From a bacterium (GTDB lineage Bacteria; Patescibacteriota; Minisyncoccia; JAHIHE01): DNA of 64,000 nucleotides. Below the pieces are notes generated by a model. The model worked only from the letters and a program-made list of their open reading frames with translations. It had not been told where the DNA came from and did not search any database. The stretch lies in the NCBI GenBank assembly GCA_030693205.1, contig JAUYBG010000019.1, positions 14,496 to 78,495 of the forward strand, written 5' to 3'. This document shows positions 9,834 through 19,805 of this stretch, piece after piece. The translations under genes and the position numbers were made by a program. Each line of letters opens with the position of its first letter. Positions within the stretch are counted from its first letter, which is position 1.

Positions 9834-11099
9834 ATGTCAATATCTAATATTCAAACGCAGCTGAAAAATTTGCCTTCCTCGCCTGGCGTATATTTTTTCC
9901 GCGACAAATCGGGAAAGCTTTTATATATCGGCAAAGCGATCAATTTGAAACGGCGGGTAAGTTCGTATTTCCAGTCCGCCGGTGGGCGGATTAAGTCGGA
10001 TTCCAGGATTCAAGAAATGGTGGGTAGAATCGCGAAGATTGATTACCGCAAGACTGATTCGGTGATCGAAGCGCTGATATTGGAAGCGAACCTGATTAGA
10101 CGCCATCAGCCGTTTTACAATGTCAAATTGAAAGATGATAAGAGTTTTGTGAACATTGCGATCTCGAAAGAAGAATTTCCGCGGGTTTTTATTATACGGC
10201 AGCGAGCGAAAAGACTTTTTAAAAATATTAAGATCAAGAAAATTTACGGCCCGTATCCTTCGGCTGACACGGCTCGCACCGCTTTGAAAATTCTTCGGCG
10301 GATCTTTTCGTTCAGAGGTTTGGAAAAAACCCGGGAAGGCGAGAGATTTTATCGGGAAATTTTGGCCATTCCGGAGGAAAAAGCGCGGTATGCCAAAGGG
10401 ATCAAAAACCTGATGCTTTTTTTATCAGGAAAGAAAAAACGCATCATCGGGGATTTAAAAAAAGAAATGAGGGAGCTGGCAAAAAACAAAAATTACGAAG
10501 AGGCGGGGCAGGCCAGAGACAAAATTTTTGCGCTGGAGCATATTCAAGATGTCGCACTGATCAAAGGATCAGGTTGGACGGAAGATCTGGAGACGCAAAA
10601 AGCGCCATTGCGGATCGAGGCTTACGATATTTCCAATATTTTTGGCGAGTATGCGGTCGGCAGTATGGTGGTTTTCACGAAAGGAAAAATAGACAAAGAC
10701 GAATATCGGCGTTTTCGGATCAGGCAAGTTAAGGGAATTTCCGATACGGATATGCTCGCGGAAGTTTTAAGCCGCCGGTTGAAACACAGTGAATGGAAAA
10801 TGCCGGATCTGATGATCATTGATGGCGGGGCAGGGCAATTGAATGCCGTAAAAAAGATCATCAAGGAGAAGGGACTGGATATTCCCTTGCTTTCGATAGC
10901 CAAAGGCCCGACCAGGAAGGGCGAGAAGCTTTTTATGACAAAAAATGTTTACCTAGACTCGACAGGGTTAGTTCGATTAGGCTCGTCGAGGCTGGCGCCT
11001 AGCCTGGATAAAAAAATCATTTTTGCCATACGCGACGAATCACATCGTTTTGCCATTTCTTATTATAGGAAATTAAAAAGAGCCGGAATGTGGTTTTAA
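9834..11099 (+). CDS. uvrC: excinuclease ABC subunit C (short form, no C-terminal HhH)
   Basis: GIY-YIG (PGVY..YIGKA), UVR domain, RIEAYDIS, PDLMIIDGG, RDESHRFA. Confidence 0.93.
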   Translation: MSISNIQTQLKNLPSSPGVYFFRDKSGKLLYIGKAINLKRRVSSYFQSAGGRIKSDSRIQEMVGRIAKIDYRKTDSVIEALILEANLIRRHQPFYNVKLKDDKSFVNIAISKEEFPRVFIIRQRAKRLFKNIKIKKIYGPYPSADTARTALKILRRIFSFRGLEKTREGERFYREILAIPEEKARYAKGIKNLMLFLSGKKKRIIGDLKKEMRELAKNKNYEEAGQARDKIFALEHIQDVALIKGSGWTEDLETQKAPLRIEAYDISNIFGEYAVGSMVVFTKGKIDKDEYRRFRIRQVKGISDTDMLAEVLSRRLKHSEWKMPDLMIIDGGAGQLNAVKKIIKEKGLDIPLLSIAKGPTRKGEKLFMTKNVYLDSTGLVRLGSSRLAPSLDKKIIFAIRDESHRFAISYYRKLKRAGMWF

Positions 11100-11182
11100 A
11101 ATTGTTCAGTAAAAGAGATGGGTGACGCGTTCTTGACTATTTAGCAAATAAGTACTATATTATTCACAAGGAGGTCAATTGC

Positions 11183-11344
11183 GTGAAGATAGGAATATTA
11201 ATAGTTTGGATAGGTGCCATAGCGCTTAGCTTAGCTGGATTATTTTGTCCAGGGAATAACGCGGAGCGTATTCCGGCAACAGCATTTATTCTTACTGTGG
11301 CTTACGTTGCAGTAAAGAGAAAAAATTATGTTTTAAAAACGTAA
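11183..11344 (+). CDS. 53-aa small 2-TM protein (below the ORF track cutoff)
   Basis: GTG start after AAGGAGGT, TTGACT-17-TATATT promoter, downstream hairpin terminator; MKIGILIVWIGAIALSLAGLFC... Confidence 0.55.
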   Translation: MKIGILIVWIGAIALSLAGLFCPGNNAERIPATAFILTVAYVAVKRKNYVLKT

Positions 11345-11455
11345 TTAGGCTCCAAAAAGCGCTGGCAATAAAAATCCAGCGCCTCTTTTATTTTCACTTG
11401 TTTAGTGCTATACTTTTATTGTAAATATTAATTTTTTTAAACAGCGTTTAATCGT

Positions 11456-11899
11456 ATGATTATTGATACCTTGAAGGAGAATAAATTTTTTATGCAATTT
11501 GGCAAGTTTTTTATCGTCGGGATTTTGAATACAGGTCTTGATTTTGCTGTTCTAAATTTTTTAATGTGGATGACGCAAACTTATAAAGGGCCGTCTATGG
11601 TTATATTCGGCACGATATCGTTTGCCGTAGCGGTGACGAACAGCTATTTTTTGAATAAATACTGGACTTTTGGCGATAAAAGCAAAGAGCAGGTTCCTCA
11701 GCAATTTATAAAATTTTTAGCCGTGGCTGTCATAGGACTGGTGTTGAGTAATTCAATTATTTATTTTATAACAACTTTAGTTAATCCGATCTTTGGCTTA
11801 AGTCCGGTTCTTTGGGCGAACTTTGCCAAAGCAGTGGCGACTGGCGTAGTGCTGGTTTGGAACTTCGCGGGATACAAACTGTTTGTGTTTAAAAAGTAA
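11456..11899 (+). CDS. GtrA family flippase-like membrane protein
   Basis: QFGKFFIVGILNT, NSYFLNKYWTF, WNFAGYKLFVF. Confidence 0.9.
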   Translation: MIIDTLKENKFFMQFGKFFIVGILNTGLDFAVLNFLMWMTQTYKGPSMVIFGTISFAVAVTNSYFLNKYWTFGDKSKEQVPQQFIKFLAVAVIGLVLSNSIIYFITTLVNPIFGLSPVLWANFAKAVATGVVLVWNFAGYKLFVFKK

Positions 11900-11909
11900 A
11901 TTAATTAAT

Positions 11910-13562
11910 ATGTCTCTCGTTCTATATCGCAAATACCGGCCGAAAAATTTCAGCGAGATCATCGGCCAGGAAAAAACAGTGAAAATTTTGACCTCCGCGG
12001 TTGGCTCTGGCAGGGTGGCGCACGCGTATCTTTTTACCGGTCCGCGAGGTACGGGAAAAACCACCATTGCCAGAATTTTGGCCAAAGCGATAAATTGCAC
12101 CGCGAGAATTGGCGGCGAGCCTTGCAATAAATGCGAAAATTGCGTTACGCTGAATACCGGGAGAACCTTTGACGTAGTTGAAATTGATGCGGCTTCCAAT
12201 ACCGGCGTGGATAATATCAGAGATCTCAAAGAAAGCATCGGTTTTTCCCCGACCCATTTGAAGTACAAAGTTTTTATCATTGATGAAGTCCACATGCTAA
12301 GCAAGGGCGCTTTCAACGCTTTGCTAAAAATGCTGGAAGAGCCGCCGGAACACGCTATTTTTGTTTTAGCGACCACCGAAATTCATAAAATCCCGCCGAC
12401 GATCATTTCCCGCGTGCAAAGATTTGATTTCAGGAAATTCAGGCTCGACGAGATCGTTGAAAGGTTAAAGGATATAACCAAGCAGGAAAAAGTAAAAGTG
12501 GAAAAAGGCGTGCTGGAAGTGATCGCTTTATCCGCCGATGGGGGAATGCGAGACGCCGAAAGCATGCTCGGGCAGATAATCTCGCTTGAGGCGCCGGGAG
12601 AAGAAATAAAACTCGCGGAAGTAAAAATGGTTTTAGGGCTGACTGATACGGAATCGGTTTTAAAATTTATCGGATTTATATCAAAAAATCAGTTCAAAGA
12701 AGCGATAATTTTTTTGAATGAAATTACTTTTGAAGGGCAGGATTTGGAGCAATTTGCCGGATCGCTCATAGATATTTTCAGGAAGATCACGATTTTGAAG
12801 ACAAACCGGGATCTGAAAAAATATGTCTTAAGCGATTCTACCGAAGAGCAGGCGGAAAAATTATTAAAATTGGCCGAGGTTTTTAGCGAGCAAGAGTTGC
12901 TTTGGATATTTAAAAAATTGATCACGGCAAAGATCGAGATCAAGTCAGCGGTTTTGCCGCAGATACCGCTGGAAATAACTTTGATCGAATATGATATTTT
13001 TAAGAATAATCGCTTTGCGGTTGGAAAAAAAGCGGAAGCGGCGGTTGAAGCTAAAAAAGAACCGAAAATAGAAATTATAGCTAAAAAAAAATTAAACGAG
13101 AACGTTATTGAGCCGAAAGTTGAGAAACCGATTTTAGTTAAAGAGGCGGCTAAGGAAGAAAAAATTGAAAAAAAAGAACCGGAAGAGTTGGCAAACGAAG
13201 GTTTGATCGGTTTGGGGATCGAAGAAATAAAATCGAGCTGGAATCAAATATTGAAAATCGCTAAAAAATACAATCATTCTATCAGCGCGTTTTTGAAATT
13301 ATCCATACCTCAGGAATTAAAAAAAGATATGTTAATGCTTGCCACGCCTTATAAATTCCACGCGGAGAAACTCAACGATTCTTCCAATCGAAAAATAATC
13401 GAGAAAGTTTTGCTGGAAGTGTTCCCGATCTTAAAAAACATCAAGGTTATGGTTGTTCAGGATGAAAATATAAAAGTGGCCAAAGCGCCGGAAGAAAAAA
13501 ATAAAACAGGAGACTTAAAAGTGGATTCCGCGCTTGAGGTTTTTGGGGGAGAAGTGGAGTAA
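11910..13562 (+). CDS. dnaX: DNA polymerase III subunit gamma/tau
   Basis: LYRKYRP, GPRGTGKT, EIDAAS, IIDEVHML, SRVQRF, GGMRDA; ATG at 11910. Confidence 0.97.
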   Translation: MSLVLYRKYRPKNFSEIIGQEKTVKILTSAVGSGRVAHAYLFTGPRGTGKTTIARILAKAINCTARIGGEPCNKCENCVTLNTGRTFDVVEIDAASNTGVDNIRDLKESIGFSPTHLKYKVFIIDEVHMLSKGAFNALLKMLEEPPEHAIFVLATTEIHKIPPTIISRVQRFDFRKFRLDEIVERLKDITKQEKVKVEKGVLEVIALSADGGMRDAESMLGQIISLEAPGEEIKLAEVKMVLGLTDTESVLKFIGFISKNQFKEAIIFLNEITFEGQDLEQFAGSLIDIFRKITILKTNRDLKKYVLSDSTEEQAEKLLKLAEVFSEQELLWIFKKLITAKIEIKSAVLPQIPLEITLIEYDIFKNNRFAVGKKAEAAVEAKKEPKIEIIAKKKLNENVIEPKVEKPILVKEAAKEEKIEKKEPEELANEGLIGLGIEEIKSSWNQILKIAKKYNHSISAFLKLSIPQELKKDMLMLATPYKFHAEKLNDSSNRKIIEKVLLEVFPILKNIKVMVVQDENIKVAKAPEEKNKTGDLKVDSALEVFGGEVE

Positions 13563-13572
13563 ATAGAGACTT

Positions 13573-13686
13573 GCCCCGCACCAAATTCCGAAGCAAATAT
13601 TAATTTATTATAACGATAGTTTCTCGGTATCGCCTGCGGCTTACTTTTTATTTTGAGTGAATATGGCTATAGAATTGATGCGGGGC
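13573..13686. repeat. palindromic miniature element (GCCCCGCACCAA...TTGATGCGGGGC)
   Basis: Near-perfect terminal inverted repeats around an AT-rich core. Confidence 0.7.
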
Positions 13687-13689
13687 TAC

Positions 13690-13727
13690 GATGTAGCGCT
13701 ATAAAGGCGCTACATCTTGATTTTTTC
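13690..13727 (+). terminator. intrinsic terminator after dnaX
   Basis: GATGTAGCGC/GCGCTACATC stem and T-rich tail. Confidence 0.65.
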
Positions 13728-13861
13728 GTCAATTTACGCTAATATATATAAGAATTTAAGCATTAGACTTAAATTCTTTTGTTTCTTGCAGGATCGTTCC
13801 GCCTCTCCGGCGGGTCGCCGATGAGGCGTCTAATGGCCCAATGAAATAAAAAGTTAATCAT

Positions 13862-13932
13862 TGCGGGATCGTCTAATGGTAGGACAGCGCCCTTTGAAGG
13901 CGCTTATCATGGTTCGAATCCATGTCCCGCAG
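13862..13932 (+). tRNA. tRNA-Gln(TTG)
   Basis: Acceptor TGCGGGA/TCCCGCA, anticodon arm GCGCC-CT TTG AA-GGCGC, T-loop GGTTCGAATCC. Confidence 0.95.
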
Positions 13933-14133
13933 CCGCGAAAATATAATCGGATCGTCATATCAACAAGTGCTGAATACGCGCTTGTTTTGTTTTTAACAAG
14001 CCAAAATAAGTTTAAAACTGTTTACAAAAGGGTTAAAATATGCTAATGTTGTAAAGTTAAATGAACGGCAGTTAAAGCTGATTATAGACAAGAAATTTAG
14101 TATATTTAACTAAAATATATCGTTTTATAATTT

Positions 14134-15747
14134 ATGAGCAAAAATCTTCAATTAAGAGAACCGGTCGTTATCTATATCGAAAAGATCAAAAAAATAAACA
14201 GGAAATCGCTGGAAAAAGAGCCGGCGGAGCGCATCAAGGTAAGCTACGCGGCGAGCACTATTTCTTTTTTGTACGAAAAAATAAGAAATACCGTTGATTA
14301 TAAAGAAGAGTTTTTGTTGCGCAAATACGCGATCGAGCGCATCTTAAACCGTCTTATTTTTATTGAAGACAAGAAAAGCGGAATAGGTGAAGCGTTGCTT
14401 TCGGATCTTATCAGGGGCAGATATTTTTTAAACGATACTATCGGCATTGATAAAATCGCCGAAACGGATCGGATCATAGAAAAGTATCTTACTCTTTTTG
14501 GCAAGATAGGATCTGTCGCTTTAAAAAAAGAAGATTTCAATAAGACCATTGAATGGTTTATCGGTATAGCGGCTTTTGAAATTGAAAAAAATTTGGTCTC
14601 TTACGATAAAGAAGAAGCGCTTTGCGAGTTTATCTACAATACCGTGTGCAAGGATATCGTGATCAAAGACGGATTTTTGAATGAAAGGCAGGAGATCACG
14701 CAGACTTACCTGGCAATTTTGAGAGCGGCTTTGCGGGCCGACAGATCGATCCTTTCGTATTATTTGTTGAAAGCTTATTGGCCGGACTGGTTTGGCGAGA
14801 ATTGGCTTTCTGTAAGCGATGAATTGTCCAAGAATATTTTTTCGACAAAAAACATTATTGATAAAGAGATCAACCATCCGGTGGCTGAAAGATTTTTGAG
14901 ATTTTTTAAGCGCCGTGCCGTGGTTTATTTTATTGTTTCCGATCTGATAGTAAAAAATGCCGGCCAAGCCGAAGAGAAAATGCTATTCTCAAAACTTGAT
15001 TTTTTGGAAGATATACAGACGGCTTGTTCGTCCAGGTATAAAAATGCGAGGGAAGTCTTATCCAGAACATTCGGGAGAAGCGTCGCGTATATTTTTATCA
15101 CCAAGATCGCCCTGGCTTTTATAATCGAGGTGCCGTATGAAATATTTACAGTCGGGAAGATTAATTATACATCATTGGGTATCAATGTTATTTTTCATCC
15201 TTCCTTGATGTATGTGATCGGCTCTTCGATCCAAATGCCGAAAGAAAAAAATACGGCGCAAATTATCCGCGAGGCGGAATACGTGGTGTATAAGAAGAAA
15301 AAATCAGAGGCCCCGCCTTATGCCAATAAATTTTCTTTTTCCCAGTCATCTTTTTCCGGCGGTTTGTTCTTTATTTTTTACGCCGCGATGTTCGTGATCA
15401 CTTTCGGGCTGATTATCACCGTGTTGAGGAAACTGGAATTCAATTTTGTCAGCGGAGCGCTTTTCGTATTTTTTATAAGCGTGGTCAGTTTTTTCGCTTA
15501 CAAGATCAGCCGGCCGGTCAGAGAGCTTATTGTAGTCGATAAAAAAGACAGATTGATCGATTCAGTGCTTGATTTTTTCTTTATTCCCGTAATGTATTTT
15601 GGCCGGTGGCTGTCTGAGAGTTTTTCCCAGATCAACATATTCGTTTTTGCTCTGGATTTTATCATTGAAGCTCCTTTCAAAACACTCATTAAGGTTTTTG
15701 ACGATTGGGTGAAATTCATGAAAGAAAAAAGAGAAGAGATAATGTAA
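14134..15747 (+). CDS. hypothetical membrane protein
   Basis: Long ORF with a soluble N-terminal region and C-terminal TMs. Confidence 0.7.
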   Translation: MSKNLQLREPVVIYIEKIKKINRKSLEKEPAERIKVSYAASTISFLYEKIRNTVDYKEEFLLRKYAIERILNRLIFIEDKKSGIGEALLSDLIRGRYFLNDTIGIDKIAETDRIIEKYLTLFGKIGSVALKKEDFNKTIEWFIGIAAFEIEKNLVSYDKEEALCEFIYNTVCKDIVIKDGFLNERQEITQTYLAILRAALRADRSILSYYLLKAYWPDWFGENWLSVSDELSKNIFSTKNIIDKEINHPVAERFLRFFKRRAVVYFIVSDLIVKNAGQAEEKMLFSKLDFLEDIQTACSSRYKNAREVLSRTFGRSVAYIFITKIALAFIIEVPYEIFTVGKINYTSLGINVIFHPSLMYVIGSSIQMPKEKNTAQIIREAEYVVYKKKKSEAPPYANKFSFSQSSFSGGLFFIFYAAMFVITFGLIITVLRKLEFNFVSGALFVFFISVVSFFAYKISRPVRELIVVDKKDRLIDSVLDFFFIPVMYFGRWLSESFSQINIFVFALDFIIEAPFKTLIKVFDDWVKFMKEKREEIM

Positions 15748-15765
15748 TATAATTTTGAAATATTA

Positions 15766-15811
15766 ACCCTGTTAAATCTGCTTTGGACGGCGCGAAGCGA
15801 TTTAACGGGGT
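15766..15811. repeat. palindromic element (AACCCTGTTAAATC...GATTTAACGGGGTT)
   Basis: Inverted repeat related to the ACCCGTTAGAAAT family. Confidence 0.6.
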
Positions 15812-15917
15812 TGATTTATAATTAATTGTTTGGTATAATCATAAAATAAGAAAAGATAATACTTGCTTATTTCAGCAGGATTAATTAAATTAACGCAAAA
15901 TAGTTAGGACATAAAAT

Positions 15918-16244
15918 ATGAGCGAAATAACTTTAACTGACGCGAATTTTAAAACCGAGGTTTTGGACTCAGAAATGGTAGTTTTAGTTGATTTTTGGGC
16001 GCCATGGTGCGGCCCATGCCAGATGGTTGGCCCGATCGTCGTTACTATCGCCAAAGAGTATGAAGGAAAAATCAAAGTAGGAAAGCTGAACGTCGATGAA
16101 AATCCTGTCATCTCAAGCGAATACGGGATAATGAGCATACCCACTCTCAAGATTTTTAAGCATGGAAAAATCGTCGAGGAAATGGTGGGCGTCCAGCCGG
16201 CAATCGCGATTACGCAAAAAATAGACAAAGTTTTGGCAGAATAA
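15918..16244 (+). CDS. trxA: thioredoxin
   Basis: [16 protein letters not shown]. Confidence 0.97.
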   Translation: MSEITLTDANFKTEVLDSEMVVLVDFWAPWCGPCQMVGPIVVTIAKEYEGKIKVGKLNVDENPVISSEYGIMSIPTLKIFKHGKIVEEMVGVQPAIAITQKIDKVLAE

Positions 16245-16254
16245 GACTAAAAAA

Positions 16255-16893
16255 ATGTTATTAAATAAGATAATTAAATATTTGACAGTGGCCGACTTTG
16301 CATTATTGTCGGGATTTTCGCTGATTGCGCCGATATTCGCGATTTTTATTTTAAATAATATTAAGGGCGGAAATATGGAGGTGGTGGGTTTTGCTACCGC
16401 TATCAATGTGCTGGTGCGGGCGGTTTTACAGCTGCCAATTGCAAAATATTTGGACAAAAAACGCGGTGATTTAGACGAATATTATTTTACTATTATAAGT
16501 ACAGTGCTTTTAGCCGCGACACCGCTTCTTTATTTAAAAATTTCAACGCCTGTTGAGCTTTATGCAGTTCAAATTATTTACGCAATCGGTTTTGCGATGA
16601 ATTATCCGGCTTGGATGTCGCTTTTTACCCGTCATGCGGAACGAGAGCGCGAGGGATCGCAATGGGCAATATATTCTGCCGTAACAGGCGTAGGCGCGGC
16701 CGCGGCCGCGGCAATAGGAGGAGTAATCGGCGAAAGATATGGTTTTCCCGCTTTATTTTGGCTGGTTTTTTTCGTTACAATGTTAGGAGCAATCAGTCTT
16801 CTGAAAATTTACGAACCATTAAAGGCGCCTCACGAACATCATAAAATAAAGCAAAAAGAAGCTTTTGAAATAAAAGGGTCAGAAATAAAATAA
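16255..16893 (+). CDS. half-size (about 6 TM) MFS-like transporter
   Basis: MFS-like helices, PIAKYLDKKRG loop motif; only 212 aa. Confidence 0.7.
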   Translation: MLLNKIIKYLTVADFALLSGFSLIAPIFAIFILNNIKGGNMEVVGFATAINVLVRAVLQLPIAKYLDKKRGDLDEYYFTIISTVLLAATPLLYLKISTPVELYAVQIIYAIGFAMNYPAWMSLFTRHAEREREGSQWAIYSAVTGVGAAAAAAIGGVIGERYGFPALFWLVFFVTMLGAISLLKIYEPLKAPHEHHKIKQKEAFEIKGSEIK

Positions 16894-16896
16894 AAA

Positions 16897-17409
16897 ATGA
16901 TAAAAAATAAATTAAAAATTCCTTTTTATCGCCAGAGAAATGAATTTGCGTGCGGTCCGGCAGCGCTTCAGATGATTTTTTCTTTTTTGGGAAAATTCAA
17001 GAAACAAGATAATTTAGCGAGGGCTTTGCATACGACAAAGGCAGGTACATACCATTCAAGCTTGATCGAAGAAGCGAGGAAGGAAGATTTTTTTTGCTAC
17101 GTCAATAATAAATCCACTATTCACGAAGTCAGGCATTTTATAAATCTGGGTTTGCCGGTTGTGGTTAATTACAACGAACCGTCAACGAATGACAGCCATT
17201 ATGCGGTAGTGGTCGGCTACGACAGGAACAAGCTCATTTTAAATGATCCATGGAACGGAAAAAATTTTAAAATGCCTGAAAATGAATTTATTTTAAGATG
17301 GCACGATTACTTGAACAAGCATACCTGTAAAAAATGGATAATGGTTGTTTCAAAAAAAGATTTTCATCTGGGAAAACAATATTTTCCATATTCTTGCTCA
17401 AAAAAATAA
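16897..17409 (+). CDS. C39-family cysteine peptidase
   Basis: YRQ..CGPAAL, HYAVVVGY, NDPW. Confidence 0.85.
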   Translation: MIKNKLKIPFYRQRNEFACGPAALQMIFSFLGKFKKQDNLARALHTTKAGTYHSSLIEEARKEDFFCYVNNKSTIHEVRHFINLGLPVVVNYNEPSTNDSHYAVVVGYDRNKLILNDPWNGKNFKMPENEFILRWHDYLNKHTCKKWIMVVSKKDFHLGKQYFPYSCSKK

Positions 17410-17435
17410 CTAAATAGAATTTAATTTCAAATATT

Positions 17436-18356
17436 ATGATCTACGATCTTATCATCCTCGGCGCGGGTTCGGCGGGGCTCGCCGCTTCGATCTATGCCTC
17501 TTATCACAAACTGAATCATTTGGTGATCGGTGATGTTGTCGGTGGCACTGCCATAGGAGCCGCGCATATTAAAAATTATCCGGGAACGGAATCGATTAGC
17601 GGAGTTGAATTAATGCAGCGCTTTCAGCACCACGCTGAAAGTTTGGGTGGAAAAATTATTCCGGCCAAGATAGCTGGTCTGGAAAAAAAGGGAGATCTTT
17701 TTGAAGTTAGCGCGGATGAACAATCATATCAAACTAAATCTTTGATCGTTGCTCTTGGCACTCGCCGGAGAAAAATGAATATTCCCGGAGAAGAAAAGCT
17801 TTTGGGAAAAGGGGTAAGCTATTGCGCCACCTGCGATTCAATGTTTTTTAAAAATAAAACTGTGGCGGTGGTCGGCGGAGGAAATTCAGCCGCCATGGCC
17901 GCTACTCTTTTGGCGGAGTACGCCAACAAAGTATTTTTGATCTATCGCGGCGCTGAATTAAAATGCCAGCCTGTCACGACGGATCATCTGAAAGTAAATC
18001 CCAAAGTTACCATAATTTACAATACGAATGTTTTGGAAATAATCGGGGATAAAAAAGTGGAAAGCATTACTTTCGATAAGGAATATCAAGGCAGTAAGAT
18101 AATAAAAACTGATGGAATTTTTGCGGAAATCGGCGCGATGCCAAGTTCGGATTTGCTGAAAAAGCTAGGAGTGATATTAAACGAAAATGGCTATGTTGTG
18201 GTTGATCAGTGGGGGAAGACCAATATTGCCGGCGTTTACGCGGCAGGGGATATAATCAGCAATACGCCCGGTTTTAACCAGGTCGTTACCGCCTCGGCCG
18301 ATGGCGCGACCGCAGTAAACGCGGTTTATAAATATTTGAAAGAAATTAAAAAATAA
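17436..18356 (+). CDS. trxB: thioredoxin reductase
   Basis: GAGSAG, GVSYCATCD, GGGNSA, VYAAGD. Confidence 0.93.
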   Translation: MIYDLIILGAGSAGLAASIYASYHKLNHLVIGDVVGGTAIGAAHIKNYPGTESISGVELMQRFQHHAESLGGKIIPAKIAGLEKKGDLFEVSADEQSYQTKSLIVALGTRRRKMNIPGEEKLLGKGVSYCATCDSMFFKNKTVAVVGGGNSAAMAATLLAEYANKVFLIYRGAELKCQPVTTDHLKVNPKVTIIYNTNVLEIIGDKKVESITFDKEYQGSKIIKTDGIFAEIGAMPSSDLLKKLGVILNENGYVVVDQWGKTNIAGVYAAGDIISNTPGFNQVVTASADGATAVNAVYKYLKEIKK

Positions 18357-18364
18357 TAATTTAT

Positions 18365-19618
18365 ATGCAAAATAATACCAATCCCTATCAAAGCGCTTTG
18401 ACTCAGCTCACGATCGCAGCCGGAGTTTTGAAGATCAACAAAGATATTTTGGAAATTTTAAAAGTGCCGAAAAGAGTTCTCAGGGTATTTATTCCGGTCA
18501 GAATGGACGATGGCAGTATTAAAAATTTTGAAGGATTCAGGGTTCAGCACAATGACGCGCGCGGGCCTTTTAAAGGCGGCATTAGGTTTTCGCCGATAGT
18601 TTCCATGGATGAAGTAATGGCGCTGGCAATGTGGATGACCTGGAAGACAGCGGTGGTGGGAATTCCTTATGGCGGAGCCAAAGGCGGAGTTATCGTTGAT
18701 ACAAAAAAACTTTCCAAAGGCGAACTGGAAAGATTATCCCGCGGCTATGTGCGCTCAACGCACAAATTTATCGGGCCGAATATCGATGTGCCGGCGCCGG
18801 ATATGTATACTACGCCGGAAATTATGGCCTGGATGGCCAATGAATATTCAAGAATTGTCGGAGAAAATACGCCGGCATCTTTTACCGGCAAGCCGGTGGA
18901 AGTCGGCGGATCGTTGGGCCGGGCCGATTCCACATCAGTTGGCGGGGTTTATGTCTTGGAAGAAGCGCTAAAGAAAATCAAGAAAGAAAAAAAGCATATC
19001 ACGGTCGCGATCCAGGGAATGGGAAATGTCGGCGCCAATGCGGCCAAGATTTTGTTCAATGAAGATTGCAATATTGTGGCGGTTTCCGATTCCAAGGGCG
19101 GCATAGTTTCGGAATCGGAAGGCAAGGGATTGAATATCGAAGAAGTTTTGAAATATAAAGAAAAAACCGGTTCGGTGGCCGGATTTCCCAAAACCAAAGC
19201 AATAACCAACGAAGAATTATTGATTTTGAACGTGGATGTTTTGATTCCGGCGGCGCTGGAAAACCAGATCACGGTCAAAAATGCCAAAGATATAAAAGCG
19301 AAAATCGTATTGGAATTGGCAAATGGCCCGACTACTCCGGAAGCGGATAAGATCCTGGACGCCAAAGGAATACTTTTGATTCCCGATATTTTAGCCAATG
19401 CCGGCGGAGTCTTGGTGAGTTATTTTGAATGGGTGCAAAATCGAACGGGTTATTATTGGGACGAAACGGAGGTTAACGAAAAATTAAAAAAGCAAATGAT
19501 AAAATCATTTAGCGATGTTTGGGAAAGAAAAGAGAAATATAAGGTTGACACTCGCACAGCGGCAAATATTTTGGCGCTGGAAAGAGTGGTTAAGGCGATG
19601 AAGCTACGCGGGGTGTAA
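18365..19618 (+). CDS. gdhA: glutamate dehydrogenase
   Basis: RGPFKGGIRF, GGAKGG, DVPAPD, QGMGNVG, ELANGP, NAGGV.VSYFEW. Confidence 0.93.
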   Translation: MQNNTNPYQSALTQLTIAAGVLKINKDILEILKVPKRVLRVFIPVRMDDGSIKNFEGFRVQHNDARGPFKGGIRFSPIVSMDEVMALAMWMTWKTAVVGIPYGGAKGGVIVDTKKLSKGELERLSRGYVRSTHKFIGPNIDVPAPDMYTTPEIMAWMANEYSRIVGENTPASFTGKPVEVGGSLGRADSTSVGGVYVLEEALKKIKKEKKHITVAIQGMGNVGANAAKILFNEDCNIVAVSDSKGGIVSESEGKGLNIEEVLKYKEKTGSVAGFPKTKAITNEELLILNVDVLIPAALENQITVKNAKDIKAKIVLELANGPTTPEADKILDAKGILLIPDILANAGGVLVSYFEWVQNRTGYYWDETEVNEKLKKQMIKSFSDVWERKEKYKVDTRTAANILALERVVKAMKLRGV

Positions 19619-19724
19619 AAATTAAAGATAGTTCAATAAAAAGATGTGTTTAAATATCGCATCTTTTTATTTGTCAAGAAGCGGTTTTTTTGCTAGACTA
19701 AGGATATAAAAATCTTTATTATTT

Positions 19725-19798
19725 GTCATTGCGAGCGGAGCGAAGCAATCTCAAAATTGGGCTATAGATTGCTTCGTCGCTTTGCTCTTCGCAATGAC
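19725..19798. repeat. REP/RPE-like palindromic element GTCATTGCGAG...TTCGCAATGAC
   Basis: Nested inverted repeats GTCATTGCGA/TCGCAATGAC and CGAAGCAATCT/AGATTGCTTCG. Confidence 0.85.
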
Positions 19799-19805
19799 TA
19801 TTTAC

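Noticed and set aside
13861-14046. 61-aa ORF
   Set aside because: It is a translation of tRNA-Gln(TTG).
19782-19805. N-terminal extension of IscS (MLFAMTIY)
   Set aside because: Derived from the palindromic repeat; family similarity begins at ATG 19806.
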